DNA of 64,000 bases, taken from the NCBI GenBank assembly GCA_951804945.1, contig OX638155.1:61814001-61878000 (forward strand), written 5' to 3'. Positions 51,938-64,000 of this stretch are shown here, in pieces (the stretch's first letter is position 1; each line of letters starts with the position of its first letter). The stretch is from Podarcis cretensis. Lineage: Eukaryota. The translations under genes were made by a program, and so were the position numbers. The notes under the pieces are model-generated. The model had not been told where the DNA came from and did no database searches. It worked only from the letters and a program-made list of their open reading frames with translations.

Positions 51938-52992
51938 CTGGGTGGGGGGAACTGCTCTTCCAGCCTTCATAGTCTGTTCTTTTGTGGAGATTATTTCTTA
52001 GAGAGCCATTTCTCCTTCTGAATTAGGAAATCTTCTTGGTCACACAACTCCTCCTACTAGGCTTGGTAAGTACAGTGGCTACTGACCAATTAACTCACCA
52101 TTTATGGATTCCATGATGTTTATCAACACTATTTGGTGAATGGCCACATAATTATTCTTTTATATACATCTAAGCTTTAATGCACTAGTCGCAAATGGGG
52201 AAGCGGCTAACACACCTCCTGAGTCTTTGCCTGGTACCCCACGATCTCCTCCACATGCCTCATCCTGGGTAAAAAAATAGAGCCAGTGTTGTAAACATAA
52301 GGTGTTTACAACAACACTAAGACAACAGGAGTGAAAAGAATTATGCTGCATTCTTCTGTGAGTTTGAGGACCATTTTATGCCCTCTAAATAGCTTTGTGA
52401 CAAAAATCAATTATTTATGATAGCACAATGCAGTATTTATAATAACAGGGTTTTGCATGCAGTGGCTTGGATGTGCATAAAAAGAAATTGTAAAAAAAAA
52501 AAGCCTCAGTTTTATCAGCATAGGCAAACAAAGTATGTGTCACACTAAAAAGAGCACACCCAATTTTGCTGGATGTATGAAATGTTAAGCACAAACTACC
52601 GGTATATGTCGAATACTTTAAACACCAGCTCAGCCAAACATTTGAGCAGTTCCGGGGACTTTCTGTTTCAGACCATGCCTGTTCATAGTTGTGTACACAG
52701 ACAGGATATAGAGGTTGTTAAATCAGGGTTATTACCAGGAGGTTGAACCCTCTCATCCCAACTCATCAACAGCAACACATACCAAAATCTTATTCCCTCA
52801 CAGCAGTTGCATCTAGTAGCAGGTAATTCATGCAGATTGGCATTACTATCCAACTCCTTGTGCACATTTCCTTCCACTGCGCTCACAAGGAAAGCTCATA
52901 CAAACACCCTCATGCTTTTTGTTAATACTTGAAAGCACCACTGCCTATGCTGCCCTGATAGGCCACTGCTCCCCTTCCAATGCATGGCTCTA

Positions 52993-53354
52993 AGGTAAAG
53001 GTAAAGGTACCCCTGCCCGTACGGGCCAGTCTTGACAGACTCTGGGGTTGTGCGCCCATCTCACTTAAGAGGCCAGGGGCCAGCGCTGTCCGGAGACACT
53101 TCCGGGTCACGTGGCCAGCGTGACATCGCTGCTCTGGCGAGCCAGAGCCGCACACGGAAACGCCGTTTACCTTCCCGCTGGTAAGCGGTCCCTATTTATC
53201 TACTTGCACCTGGAGGTGCTTTCGAACTGCTAGGTTGGCAGGCGCTGGGACCGAGCAGCGGGAGCGCACCCCGCCGCAGGGATTCGAACCGCCGACCTTT
53301 CGATCGGCAAGCCCTAGGCGCTGAGGCTTTAACCCACAGCGCCACCTGCGTCCC
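52993..53354 (-). mobile_element. Sauria SINE, full length, young CpG-rich subfamily
   Basis: (AAAGGT)n tail, intact B box (GGATTCGAACC on +), 13-bp TSD ATGCATGGCTCTA. Confidence 0.96.
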
Positions 53355-53897
53355 ATATGCATGGCTCTACACGCATCCAATTTTTTTTGTCACTAATGCC
53401 ACATGTGACCCTGATGCAGTTTTCTTGTTTGGTAGTGGTCACACAAATCATTATGCCTTTCCTCCCCTCTGAAACTGTATATTCCAGTGATGTATTACAT
53501 GCTTATTTACTAATTGTTCTGCAACAGTATCATTTGAGATCTCCTGATTTGTTGCTACTGATGTTGGTCAATTAGTTCTCAAATGATCTCTTTTGCCATT
53601 TTCACAGAGTGCTTCTATTATACAGTATTGCCTATCAAACTGCTTACCTAGCCAACACCCTATGGAAGAAAGACCGATGGAATTAATTTTCTTTCTCTCT
53701 TCTTTCTGATTTCTTTTAAGTAATCCATTTACACCTTTCTTGCCTAATGGGGCTACGGTTTCTCTGAAGGGGTTTAAATATTTAAAGAAACAGTTTATTG
53801 TTGCTCTTTATAATTCCTGAAATTTGCTCTCTTCCTTCTTTCCTGCACTGCATTTTGGCATTTTTAAACATAATGTATTTGTGCTCTTTTCTGTTTA

Positions 53898-54139
53898 CAG
53901 TGGTACCTCTGGTTACGTACTTAATTCATTCTGGAGGTCCGTTCTTAACCTGAAACTGTTCTTAACCTAAAGCACCACTTTAGCTAATGGGGCCTCCCAC
54001 TGCTGCTGTGCCACTGCTGTGCGATTTCTGTTCTCATTCTGAAGCAAAGTTCTTAACCCGAGGTAATATTTCTAGGTTAGCGGAGTCTGTAAGCTGAAGC
54101 ATATGTAACCTGAAGCATATGTAACCCGAGGTACCACTG
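53898..54139. mobile_element. Tc1/mariner MITE
   Basis: TIR CAGTGGTACCTC...GAGGTACCACTG; TA TSD on both sides. Confidence 0.92.
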
Positions 54140-54956
54140 TACTTAATTTTGTCAAAATGTCCAGTTTTTTAAGCAAAGCTAATTTATTTGTATATCGCTG
54201 AATTTGCTACTTAACTACATTGCCAGCTTTGACTTATGGTATATATTGACCATCTAATTGAGGTTTTATTGCAGTGCTGTTGCTGTTTTAAACACCACCA
54301 TGGTGCCTGAAGGGAGTGACCTTCCTAACTATCTTTTTAGTTTCCTTTGAAGTTTTCTAGTCATATCTGAATTTTTCCTTTTGAAGTTAGACAAAGTTAG
54401 ATTTTGGAGGGGAGGAGGGCAGTTTTGTGTGTGCCTATATGTTGAATCTAATAGGATTAAAGTTACTACAGCTAAGCAGCTCAGTGACACTTAACCCTTG
54501 CAATATATCTTGAATCTCACTGGTCCGTTCTTCCTGTTGGTTCCATAACAAACTGCTCCAATGCACAATCACTTATTGTACCCAGAAATTTTATCTGTCT
54601 GTCACAACCTCAGATGACATGTATGCAGTCCTTCTGAAAGCTACTCATTATCATCACATTCTCTGGTTCATCCATTTCAACATTGCAGTCTTCATCTTCA
54701 TCAATTCAATGAATTGCAATGCCTTCAAATCCCCAGCCAAAGTAAATTTGTGGTCTCTTTCTCAGCTCTCTCTCTCTCTCTGCACATGTCCTCAGATGAA
54801 AAAAGCTAAATTTCTCACTCCGCCTCCAACTGACCCTCCCCAACCCCCCCCCATTTTTTGTCTTCCACCCACAGAGCATTTCCTATCAGAAGGGCAAGAG
54901 CCACCACACCAATGGGACCCAGCACAAACACACCACCATGCTAAGAAAACCCCTTA

Positions 54957-55307
54957 AAAGGTAAAGGGACCACTGACCATTAGGTCCAGTCATGGACGAC
55001 TCTGGGGTTGGGGCGCTCCTCTTGCTTTACTGTCTGAGGGAGCCGGCGTACAGATTCTGGGTCATGTGGCCAGCATGACTAAGCCACTTCTGGCAAACCA
55101 GAGCAACGCATGGAAACACCGTTTACCTTCCCGCCAGAGTGGTACCTATTTATCAACTTGCACTTTGATGTGCTTTTGAACTGCTAGGTGGGCAGGAGCT
55201 GGGACCGAACAACAGGAGCTCACCCCCTCGTGGGGATTCGAACCGCCAACCTTCTGATCAGCAAGTCCTAGGCTCTGTGGTTTAACCCACAGCGCCACCC
55301 ACATCCC
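54957..55307 (-). mobile_element. Sauria SINE, full length
   Basis: reverse complement of the 50308-50651 type; AAAGGTAAAGGGAC tail. Confidence 0.95.
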
Positions 55308-55610
55308 CCTTTATTTGCATATAGCAGCATGCATATTCCAGCTTGACTTACTTTGTTTATTTCCATAGGCTTAACACTCAGAGATGGGACCCATGATGGG
55401 ACCCATCGCTTGGGTACTCCTTGGCTTCCAGCAGATGTTAGTCTATGTTAAATACATGGGGGTACCAGCTATGGTCTAGACTCTACACATAATTTAATCT
55501 CAAAGCATCCTATTTAATTGAATGAGGCTGTTCTTATGAGTAAGTGACTTGTGTGGATTGGGCCATGTGCTTTAAAACATCCATTTGACTTTGGTCGAAC
55601 TATGATATTA

Positions 55611-55778
55611 TGGGTTGTATCCAACGCTGTGCTCATGGAGATCCACACATGCAATGGGACCCAAGCTTCCTCTGCTCGTTCCCCCCAATGTTCCTGATGA
55701 ATGGGGTGACTGCAAAGGAGAGGAAAGGAAGGAGAAGGTCTGTTTGGCAAGCAAAACAGCAGTGTTTACCACAACCCT
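55611..55778. mobile_element. Harbinger-like MITE
   Basis: TGGGTTGTATCCAAC...GTTTACCACAACCCT; similar end TGTTGAATACAACCCA at ~33732-33747. Confidence 0.45.
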
Positions 55779-56334
55779 ATGAGTTTTGAGGGTTCTGTCC
55801 TAACATCTAGAACTATAAACATTTGCCAGTATTGCTTCAATAGAATATGCAGTCACGGCTAAATAAAACTTTTCTTCTAGTGACTGATTTCACTTAAGAG
55901 ATAGGAGTAAACTATACTCTCTGAAAACAAATAAGAACTCCATCAGAAACAATCCAGCATGTTTTTCGGGAAAAATGAATAACTATGAAAGTGATATATT
56001 GATATGGATATTGTAGTATTGCCACATCCCTGGACTGATGAATGGTGGCATTAAAATGTTTGTCAAAGGAGGAAATGTAGAGTGCAAGAAAAGAATATGA
56101 GCAGAGCTATTTTATGGTTGCTTCATTTGGCTTTTTAATGGACTTTTTGATTAGTGGGCGGGTGGGTGAATTTTGAAACTTTTTCAGAAGACCTCATGAA
56201 TTTGTGACTAGTAGAGAAAAAGCATGGCAGTCAAATGATCCAGTTTATCAGCAGCAATGCTGACAGGGTAGATCAAATTGTTGCTCTTCTCTTTGGTTTA
56301 TTTGAACCTCACAAAGTGTTGTCATGGTATTCTG

Positions 56335-56500
56335 TTGTGCCAGAAGTGGTTTGGTCATGCTGGCCACATGACCTGGAAAGTTGTCTATGGACAAACGCTG
56401 GCTCCCTTGACCTGAAAGTGGTGATGAGTGCCACAACCTATAGTCAAATTCAACTGGACCTCACCATCCAGGGCTCCTTTAACTTTAACTTTACTTTACC
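56335..56500 (+). mobile_element. Older Sauria SINE 3' half
   Basis: GTCATGCTGGCCACATGACCTGGAA...CCTTTAACTTTAACTTTACTTTACCT. Confidence 0.85.
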
Positions 56501-56544
56501 TATCTACCTACATGCATCTACCTACATTTTGCACATATCATCTC

Positions 56545-56670
56545 AGTAATCAACCTAGGTCGGTATTATTATTCCCATATTGCAGATGGCAAGAACAGAA
56601 TGGAGCTTTCTACAAAGCCATCTAGTGAGTTTGTGCAGTTGCATGATTTGACCTGGGGGTTTCTGGTTCA
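56545..56670 (-). mobile_element. MIR/CORE-SINE fragment
   Basis: ATTATTATTCCCATATTGCAGATG..GATTTGACCTGGG resembles the reverse CORE and B box. Confidence 0.55.
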
Positions 56671-57599
56671 CAACTTAGATTCTTGCGTAACACAAGAACT
56701 CCCAACACTATACCTGGACATAGAAGAATTAAAGGCTCAGTAGAATTGAATACCTCAAAACTGCAAGCGAACAATGACAATTCCAATATTGCAGCTGGGG
56801 TAAAAAATTATTGGATTATCGCACCCATGGCCTTCAGTACTGAAACAACAGATTTGAAATGTTCCAACTGAGAAGTGCTTGGCGAGGGGGAATTGGCCTT
56901 TCATGTTGCTCAGGTCCAGCACTTGCTTTGCTTTTCATGGCTTCCCTCTTCATTTTCCGTGTGATCTTATCATCTGTAAAGTTATCATGAAGACATTTGC
57001 TGCTGTTTTTATGGTCTGGAGGCATAGCCAGCTGTTTTCAATGTATATTCGTTTCCATGTGCTACTTCAATCCATTGTTCCTTTCTTACCATAAAGCCCC
57101 ACCTTCTTAACATGCCCCAGTTGGAGCACAGATGCTACAATCCTAAACCCGCTTCGTTGGGAGTTCCAGGGAAACCAGGAGGGCTGACTCCTGAGCAGAT
57201 ATTAGATTCCCGGTGGAATGAGATTTTGTTTTCATTTTTATAGCACCTCCTCAAGGCCAGATTCGCCATATGGAGATGCTGCACCTTTTTTAAAATAACT
57301 TTGCTTTCTTCCACAAATCTACCTTCTGGGTTAAATAACTGATAATGTCCTCCTAGAGATCTTTCACCTTCACAGAGTGGGGTTGGGTTTTAGCCTTGTA
57401 AAAATTTGCTTACTTCAATCAATACATTCTTGTCTAACTTGTCAAGGGGATGAGTGAATAAGGATGGAGAGTTGGTCTGTTTACACTCAAGAGACTAAAG
57501 CTGCACTTAAACCTCTCTTGTACTGTGTGTGCCAACGGTTAACAGTGTTAACATGGATGAAGAATGTACATTGAAGCCAAAGCTCCTGGGCAGACAATA

Positions 57600-57825
57600 T
57601 ATCTGGTTTAGTGGTGGACTAAGCCTAAAGAGACCCAGATTCAGATCCCCACTCATCCCCAAAGCTTGCTAGGTGACTTTAGGCCAGTCACCTTCTTTCA
57701 AACTAACTTACCCTGCAGGATTGTTGTGCAGAAAAAAATTGGGTAATATGGAGAGAACCATGCATGCTGCCTTGAGCTGCCTGGAGAAAAGGCAAGGGAT
57801 CAATGTACAGTAATGAATGAAATGA
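57600..57825 (+). mobile_element. CORE-type (MIR-like) SINE with L2-type tail
   Basis: GAGACCCAGATTCAGATCCCCACTC..GGTGACTTTAGGCCAGTCAC..GGATTGTTGTG..GCTGCCTTGAGC. Confidence 0.7.
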
Positions 57826-57977
57826 AAACAGATCTAGAGATGGAAAAACCTGAGACAGCTATTCAAAGGTTATGGCCGTTCCTTTGTTTTTGTTTGATTA
57901 AAAGGAGAGTAATAGCTCAAGGAATAAATGTCATCTCCATGATTTCCACGTGATGGCAGCACATTGTGACAGGTCAT

Positions 57978-58121
57978 GGGGACATACAGCTCAGTCAGTA
58001 GAGCATGAGACTCTTAATCTTAGACTCATGCATTTAAGCCTCACGACTGGGCAAAAGAGTCCTGCATTGCAGGGATTAGACTAGATAACTCTCTTGGTAC
58101 CTTCCAACTCTACAGTTCTAT
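57978..58121 (+). mobile_element. tRNA-Lys-like SINE with CR1-derived tail
   Basis: AGCTCAGTCAGTAGAGCATGAGACTCTTAATCT head; GGGATTAGACTAGAT..CCTTCCAACTCTACAGTTCTAT resembles the CR1 3' end at 29205-29260. Confidence 0.8.
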
Positions 58122-59936
58122 AAACACACCTTCCATGGGCTGCCTTGGAAGAGGGTTTAGAAATGGCCCCTAGTTCAGAATACTGTGGGCAGACTGTGAC
58201 TGGGCCACTTCTTGGAAGGTATCTGATGCAGCACTAAGGAGACCATTCCATGAGCACAAACATTTCATGGAGCAATCTTACCTCTATGCTCCATCCTTTA
58301 AAGATTTAAATGCAAGCCGACTCAATTCACCCCCTTCCTGCTGTATAAGCTGTTGCACAGGGTTGTCTGACAGAGCCACCTGCTAGTTCTTCTTCTGCTT
58401 CCTCTTGCAGGAAACTGGTCGTGCTTGCCTTAGTCCACCTTGAACAGAATATGCCATAGTGCCACAGAACTGCCATCTTCCTCCCTGAGTTCAGCTTCTG
58501 CCAGATCTGCTGGGGAAATAGATTGTAATAAGCAGACAGCCATCATAAGCAGAAACTGGGAGAGGGGGAGGAGGAAAATCTAGGTATGGTGCCTGAGAGC
58601 AGCAAATAGGCAAAGTAGAGCTGAAAAGCGCTTCTGACCTTCTGTGGTTGGTGCTTCTCAAAACTGGGCCCCAAAGCTTCAAACATCTTGAGAATTGCAG
58701 GTCACTGCTGTGTGCCTATATATGTAATTTGTTGTAGGTTGGAAGGGAAGTGTTCAAGAGACTGGGCACAGTATTATGTTGCTTATTGCTGCCTAAGACA
58801 AGAAACAGCATGCTATGGTGCTGTTTTAAGCTTCTGCCCTTGTAGCCCTAATGAATGCTGGCTGTGAGCAAAATAAAGATCAAGTTGGGCTTTTTTATTT
58901 TTTTTTAAAAAAACCCAAACGCCACACTGGCTTTCAGTTCATGTTGGCCTAAACCGGTGGCACCTGCTATGGCCTGGAGTACAGCAAATGTAAATTGCAT
59001 TTGCGATGGACTTTGGATTAATGAACCTTTTTGAAGTCCTGCAAATTTTATATTACAGAACCACCACTGTGTGTGTGATCACATGTGGAATTGAAGACAG
59101 TAATGCAGGCCACTTCCATGAATAAATGCTCTGAAATTTGCCATCTTGCAGAGGTGGATTAAGCATTTGATATTTAAGGATACATCTTTTGAAATCAGGT
59201 TTTCCTGCTGAGCACGGCAGCCTAGGAAGGAAGGACTAGATGGGCCAAAGATTCTCTGCATCTTTTAAATTACAACACATCTGTAGGCTGCCATGGTAAT
59301 AGATAAATAAAAAGTGTGCTTTGTTTATTCAGACCTCCCATGCTCAGAACCCTTTTACACTCAACATGGTTTGTGACATTTTCTATTTACTGTCTATCTT
59401 TTATATTTTATGTTCTTTATTTTGGTCAATCCTATATTTTGGAAAATATCAACACCCTAAATGCATGTACAATGAGGATCTTTTTTAAAAAATCAAAATC
59501 ACAACAGTTCAAAGATCAGATCGAGAGAGATAAAAATGCATAAGGAACTGTTCATCCTCTGGACAGGCGAGGAAGTAGGAAGAGAAAAAGCTCAAGGTTT
59601 ACTGAGGCAGCATTGGGATAAGGGCACCTTTTAGGCACTTGCCAATACATTAAGGCTGGAGAGCTTGGGGGGTTGACTTTGAGGCCTGGCATGCACATTG
59701 AGGAGACTAGGCCTGGGTGCACGTGTTGAGGACCATACCCAAGGCTTTCCTCACAAGAAGAGAGTATTTCATTCCCAATTCTGAGCTGGGGGGATGCAGT
59801 GCAAGGTTTCAGCAAATGCCCAGGGTATCAGGATAGGTTTTCCCTCTTAGCGTCTGAAGAAGTCCTCACCTGCCCATTCAATCTGAAATTGTTTGATTGG
59901 ATCAGTGTGGTTCGTCGGAAAGCAGATCCCCTAGTT

Positions 59937-59939
<3 letters not shown>

Positions 59940-59971
<32 letters not shown>
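59940..59971. repeat. (TA)n microsatellite
   Basis: direct tandem repeat. Confidence 0.95.
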
Positions 59972-59974
<3 letters not shown>

Positions 59975-60444
59975 ATGCTCCATGTCTCGAGTCTTCTTTC
60001 AGGGTGCATGGGAAAATGAATGGTTGACAAAATTTAATGGGTAGCATTCAAAGCAGCAGTAGTGGAGCTCCATTGGTGCAGAGACACGTCTACATGCTCT
60101 CTTCTCCACATGCCCTTCCAAAATCTTTCCTCAAGGGTCCCCCACTATTCTGGAGCTGATTTTAGGGGCTCACATGAGAGGAGGGGAACATTCTATTTTG
60201 CTAGATTCCAAGGTTTGGTTTATGTTCTGAAGGGGACAACCCACAAGACCATATTCAGACAACTGCTGTGGCACCAAGCTATTGCTTAATTCACAGCAGA
60301 AGCAGAAGCAGCAGCAGAAGCAAAGGAGGAACAAATCAGATGCAATCTCCCTTCCAGAAGTCCACACAGTTATGGTTAGGCTGAGCATTACATGTGGACT
60401 GGAGCAATGTCTTCCTGGAATTCTTAATTCATGGAATTTTAGCT

Positions 60445-60979
60445 TATCTCCCGCTTGGATTACTGCAATGTGCTCTACGTGGGGCTACCTTTGAAGGTGA
60501 CCCGGAAACTACAACTAATCCAGAATGTGACAGCCAGACTGGTGACTGGGAGACCATATAACACTGGTTCTGAAAGACCTACATTGGCTCTCAGTACATT
60601 TCTGAGCACAATTCAAAGTGTTGGTGCTGAGCTTTAAAGCCCTAAATGGCCCTGGCCCAGTATACCTGAAGGAGCGTCTCCACCTCCATCATTCACTGAG
60701 GTCCAGCTCCGAGGGCCTTCTGGTGGTTCCCTCACAGTGTGAAGTGAGATTACAGGGAAGCAGGCAGAAGGACCTCTTGGTAGTGGTGCCCGTCCTGTGG
60801 AACGCCCTCCCATCAGACGTCAAGGAAATAAACAACTATCTGACTGTTAGAAGACATCTGAAGGCAGCCCTGTTTAGGGAAGTTTTTAATGTTTGAAGTT
60901 TTATTCTGTTTTTAGTCCTCTGTTGGGAGCCACCCAGAGTGGCTGGGGAAACCCAGCCAGATGGGCAGGGTATAAATAA

Positions 60980-61035
<56 letters not shown>
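60445..61035 (+). mobile_element. L2 LINE 3' fragment with (AAT)n tail
   Basis: SRLDYCNVLYVGLPLKVTRKLQLIQN..ARLVTG; LWNALPSDV; 3'UTR GCCACCCAGAGTGGCTGGGG..GGGTATAAAT. Confidence 0.93.
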
Positions 61036-61037
<2 letters not shown>

Positions 61038-64000
61038 TATTATTATTCAAAGCTGTTCTGAGATTGCACTGCTATGCTTCTTTTTCTTCACGTTAATCTC
61101 AATTCCATATTGTCTAAAAATTGCAAGTTGAATTCCAATCACCTGAGCATGGAAAGAAAGCACCATATTTGTTTCCCAATCATTTTGCGTCATATAAAAT
61201 TAAAAATTGTTTACAAGTGCAATTAATGCCCAAGACGTCTTTAGTTTTATGACTTCCAAATCACCCTTAATTGAACTGATTGCCTGAGGGCAGTTTTCAG
61301 CTGTTGTGAAATACAGACTCTGTTTTGCAAAGAGATAGGATCCATTGATATGTGTGAGAATTTTTTTTTTTAATGTGGCATGCTATTTATATTGTAAAAT
61401 TGCCAATTGGAATATATATGGTTGTTATTTTTCCTTATGGCTCGAGCTAAACAGCAGTTTGATTATTACACAGGTAAAATATTCAATGTTATGTTATAGC
61501 TACTGCAAGCATTGATTAAAGTCTCTAGTGTTCATGAAGGCTGACAGGGATTCAAAGGAGGAAATGTAAAACTTGAAGGTACAGCAGTATAGTGACATTT
61601 CACTCTATAAAGCTGCCAATATTTTAATCCTGCACGTAAATCATTTCCATCAGTTCAATTCCATATCTTAATTTGTGTAGCAAACAAAGTATCGGATTGC
61701 ATTATCTTTAATAATTAGGAATGTGGTGCCGGGTCCTCTGCATTTTGTACCTCTTCTCAAGAAAAAGGGGTGAACTTCAGTTTGGGAAGCAGAGGATTTA
61801 GCACACGGGAACAAATCTGAAGTCATTTTCGTTCCTTACATTTCATTATTTGCTCTATAAACCCTTTCGTTTCCTTCCTTTAAGTGATGCCTTCGTCAAT
61901 GATGATGCTGTATCCGTTTAGAGTGATGATTGATATGGTAATAGATACAGTGTGATTGAAAGCAACCTTTGTCAGGAGGGAGGCCAAATACTCAAACAGT
62001 ATATTGGTCTGACTTTGCTCATTATTGGAGGCCTTTCATAGCCATATTGACTTGCTGTCCAAATGTTGTTACTTACCCGAAGCTTTCATTGTTTAAATGG
62101 TATAGACATTGGTATTGAACACGGCTTTTCCCAATATTTGTCCTAAAAATACACACACGGCTCAATTATCCTCTGAAAATGTTATAGTTTGTAAGTATTA
62201 AAATGGCATTTGGGACTTGGAAATAAAATTTGGATTCAGAGAAAAAGAGCCTTTTATTGCCAACGTTGTTGCTTCCTTTCCCCCTCAATACACACACACA
62301 CACACACCTTAATCATTGTATTCCTTGAGTAAATAGGAAGTGAAATGTTTGCCCATTTTTATCAACAGAGGATCACAGCATTTCCGCTTTTGTTGATAAG
62401 CTCTGTAGCACAGCAGGGGCTGGGAAGAGATCTCTGAATCATGTGGCTAGAATTTATCTGCTATTAGTTAGCTTGGTTGTTAGTTAGCTGGTTTCTTCAA
62501 AGTGGCCAGTGGTGTGCTTCAGAGGCTTAAAGGTGCTGCTCCTAAGGTTATCTCAAGGCCAAGGCCACCACTTGGCTTTACAGGTCTTCCCATGGTTCCT
62601 TGCTGCTGTAAGCTCCCACTTTTACATCAGGAAATCTCGAATTAGAACTGCCGTTCCTGGTATAACATTGCCTGGTCTATATGTACAGAATCAGGTCATA
62701 AGCTGAACCACTTCAGACTATAGATGTGAAACACTACTTTCAAATGCACTTCCATATAATTCAACCTGCTACCCCGCAAACAGGAATCTCCCCGATCAAG
62801 GATTGTGTAAGTTGTAGTCAGCAGTGTAGTGTCAGATTTAGAGGTGCAGGGTCCTTTTAAAGCAGGCACAACAGCACCCCTCCTAAGATCATTCACCCTT
62901 TTAAAAAATATGCAAAAATTATATATTTATGCAATAATAGGATGCATTGCATTTATTAATGCAAATCTCCATGTGTTGCCTTTCAGCTAGATATATTATT
63001 TTCTGTGCACGTAAAGGGGCTAATGATTTGGAGTGTACCAATATCATCTTTCAAAGTCACACGAGCTGTGCTTTCCATTCCATTGCACAGAATGGAACTT
63101 GGACACCATGCACTGTGCCTTGTGTTTTCAGTTTCCCTAACTTACTAAATGTGTGGTTTTTTCATATGCTGGGGGAAGAGGGGACAATTTTGGAACACAA
63201 CTTAGAAAGATATATTTTAAAGGTTTCACTGAGGATATTTCCACACTTTACTTTGCTGCATGTTTTGTGATTTTAAATCTCTGCTGGGGTTCTGCCACCA
63301 AATAGTACTTGCCTCAAACTTTGTTCTTGGCATCCAGGAATTCTCCTTTTATACCTATTTTTCCTCAAACCAACAGAAGGCACCAGGTTGACTACCCCTG
63401 CCTTAGATAGGTGTCTCATGTGTTCTACCACCAGGCCAATTCATCATTTGTTTTCATAGCAAGTAAGCATTCCTGCTTGGGGCAGAGGAAAACAGGATAC
63501 TACAATGCTTGCCTTCCCAAAACACTGCATTTTTTAAAAAAAAAAAATGCAAAAAGTGTGAAACAACATTTCTCAATTACTATTCTCTGCAAGACTTGTT
63601 AAGGGAAATCTAAGACTGAATGTCCTCACACAGCGAATTGAGATTTCTACGGCTGGGTGATTTTTATTTCACTTAATGTCTAACCTTTCATTACATTTGT
63701 CCCAGCTATGGATCCTGTTCTAGAGAGGCTTGTGCTGTAAGGCCAATTTTGATATAATTTACATGGATAAGTGGCAGAACATGATTCTCATGTCTAATGT
63801 GACATTAAGGCTTGCGTAAACTATAACTCTTCCTCAAGTCTTGGAGTACCTCCCTAATGAGCTGCTGAGCTGCTTTCACGTAAGCGATGTGAGATGGGTG
63901 TGCATGTGTAGGAAAATATGAAAGGAGAGGATGTATTCATGTATGCAAAGCACAAGAAACCCACCCAAATTTACAAAACTTCATATAGAAGAGAATATTG

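Noticed and set aside
61895-62015. Possible C/D box snoRNA (RTGATGA...CTGA)
   Set aside because: Terminal stem weak, no clear internal C'/D' boxes or recognisable rRNA guide.
1-64000. CRISPR arrays, operons or other prokaryotic systems; a named host gene
   Set aside because: Vertebrate repeat-rich non-coding DNA; no repeat-spacer array and no identifiable exon.

Overview
Vertebrate non-coding DNA, almost certainly from a squamate reptile and probably a lacertid lizard (inferred from Sauria SINE and partner-SINE sequences). No host protein-coding gene can be recognised; every convincing ORF is transposon-derived. The largest element is a 5'-truncated, inactivated CR1 LINE (~25.66-29.26 kb) carrying a nested L1-type 3'UTR insertion with a 17-bp TSD. 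The window also holds five Sauria SINE copies, tRNA-derived and CORE-type SINEs, L1/L2/RTE-X-like fragments, three Tc1/mariner MITEs, many hAT MITEs with 8-bp TSDs, a solo LTR with a 5-bp TSD, and two Penelope-type fold-back insertions with degenerate hammerhead ribozyme motifs. Between the TE islands are TE-poor, AT-rich unique tracts (~19-24, ~39.4-46.7, ~61-64 kb). Four irregular N-runs of 156-212 bp fall in two of these tracts and may be masked ultraconserved elements of a developmental-gene regulatory landscape. The best lead for something under-described is a correctly phased U_UUA_AAC -1 ribosomal frameshift heptamer at the CR1 ORF1/ORF2 junction. No database searches were run; family names are from recalled motifs.
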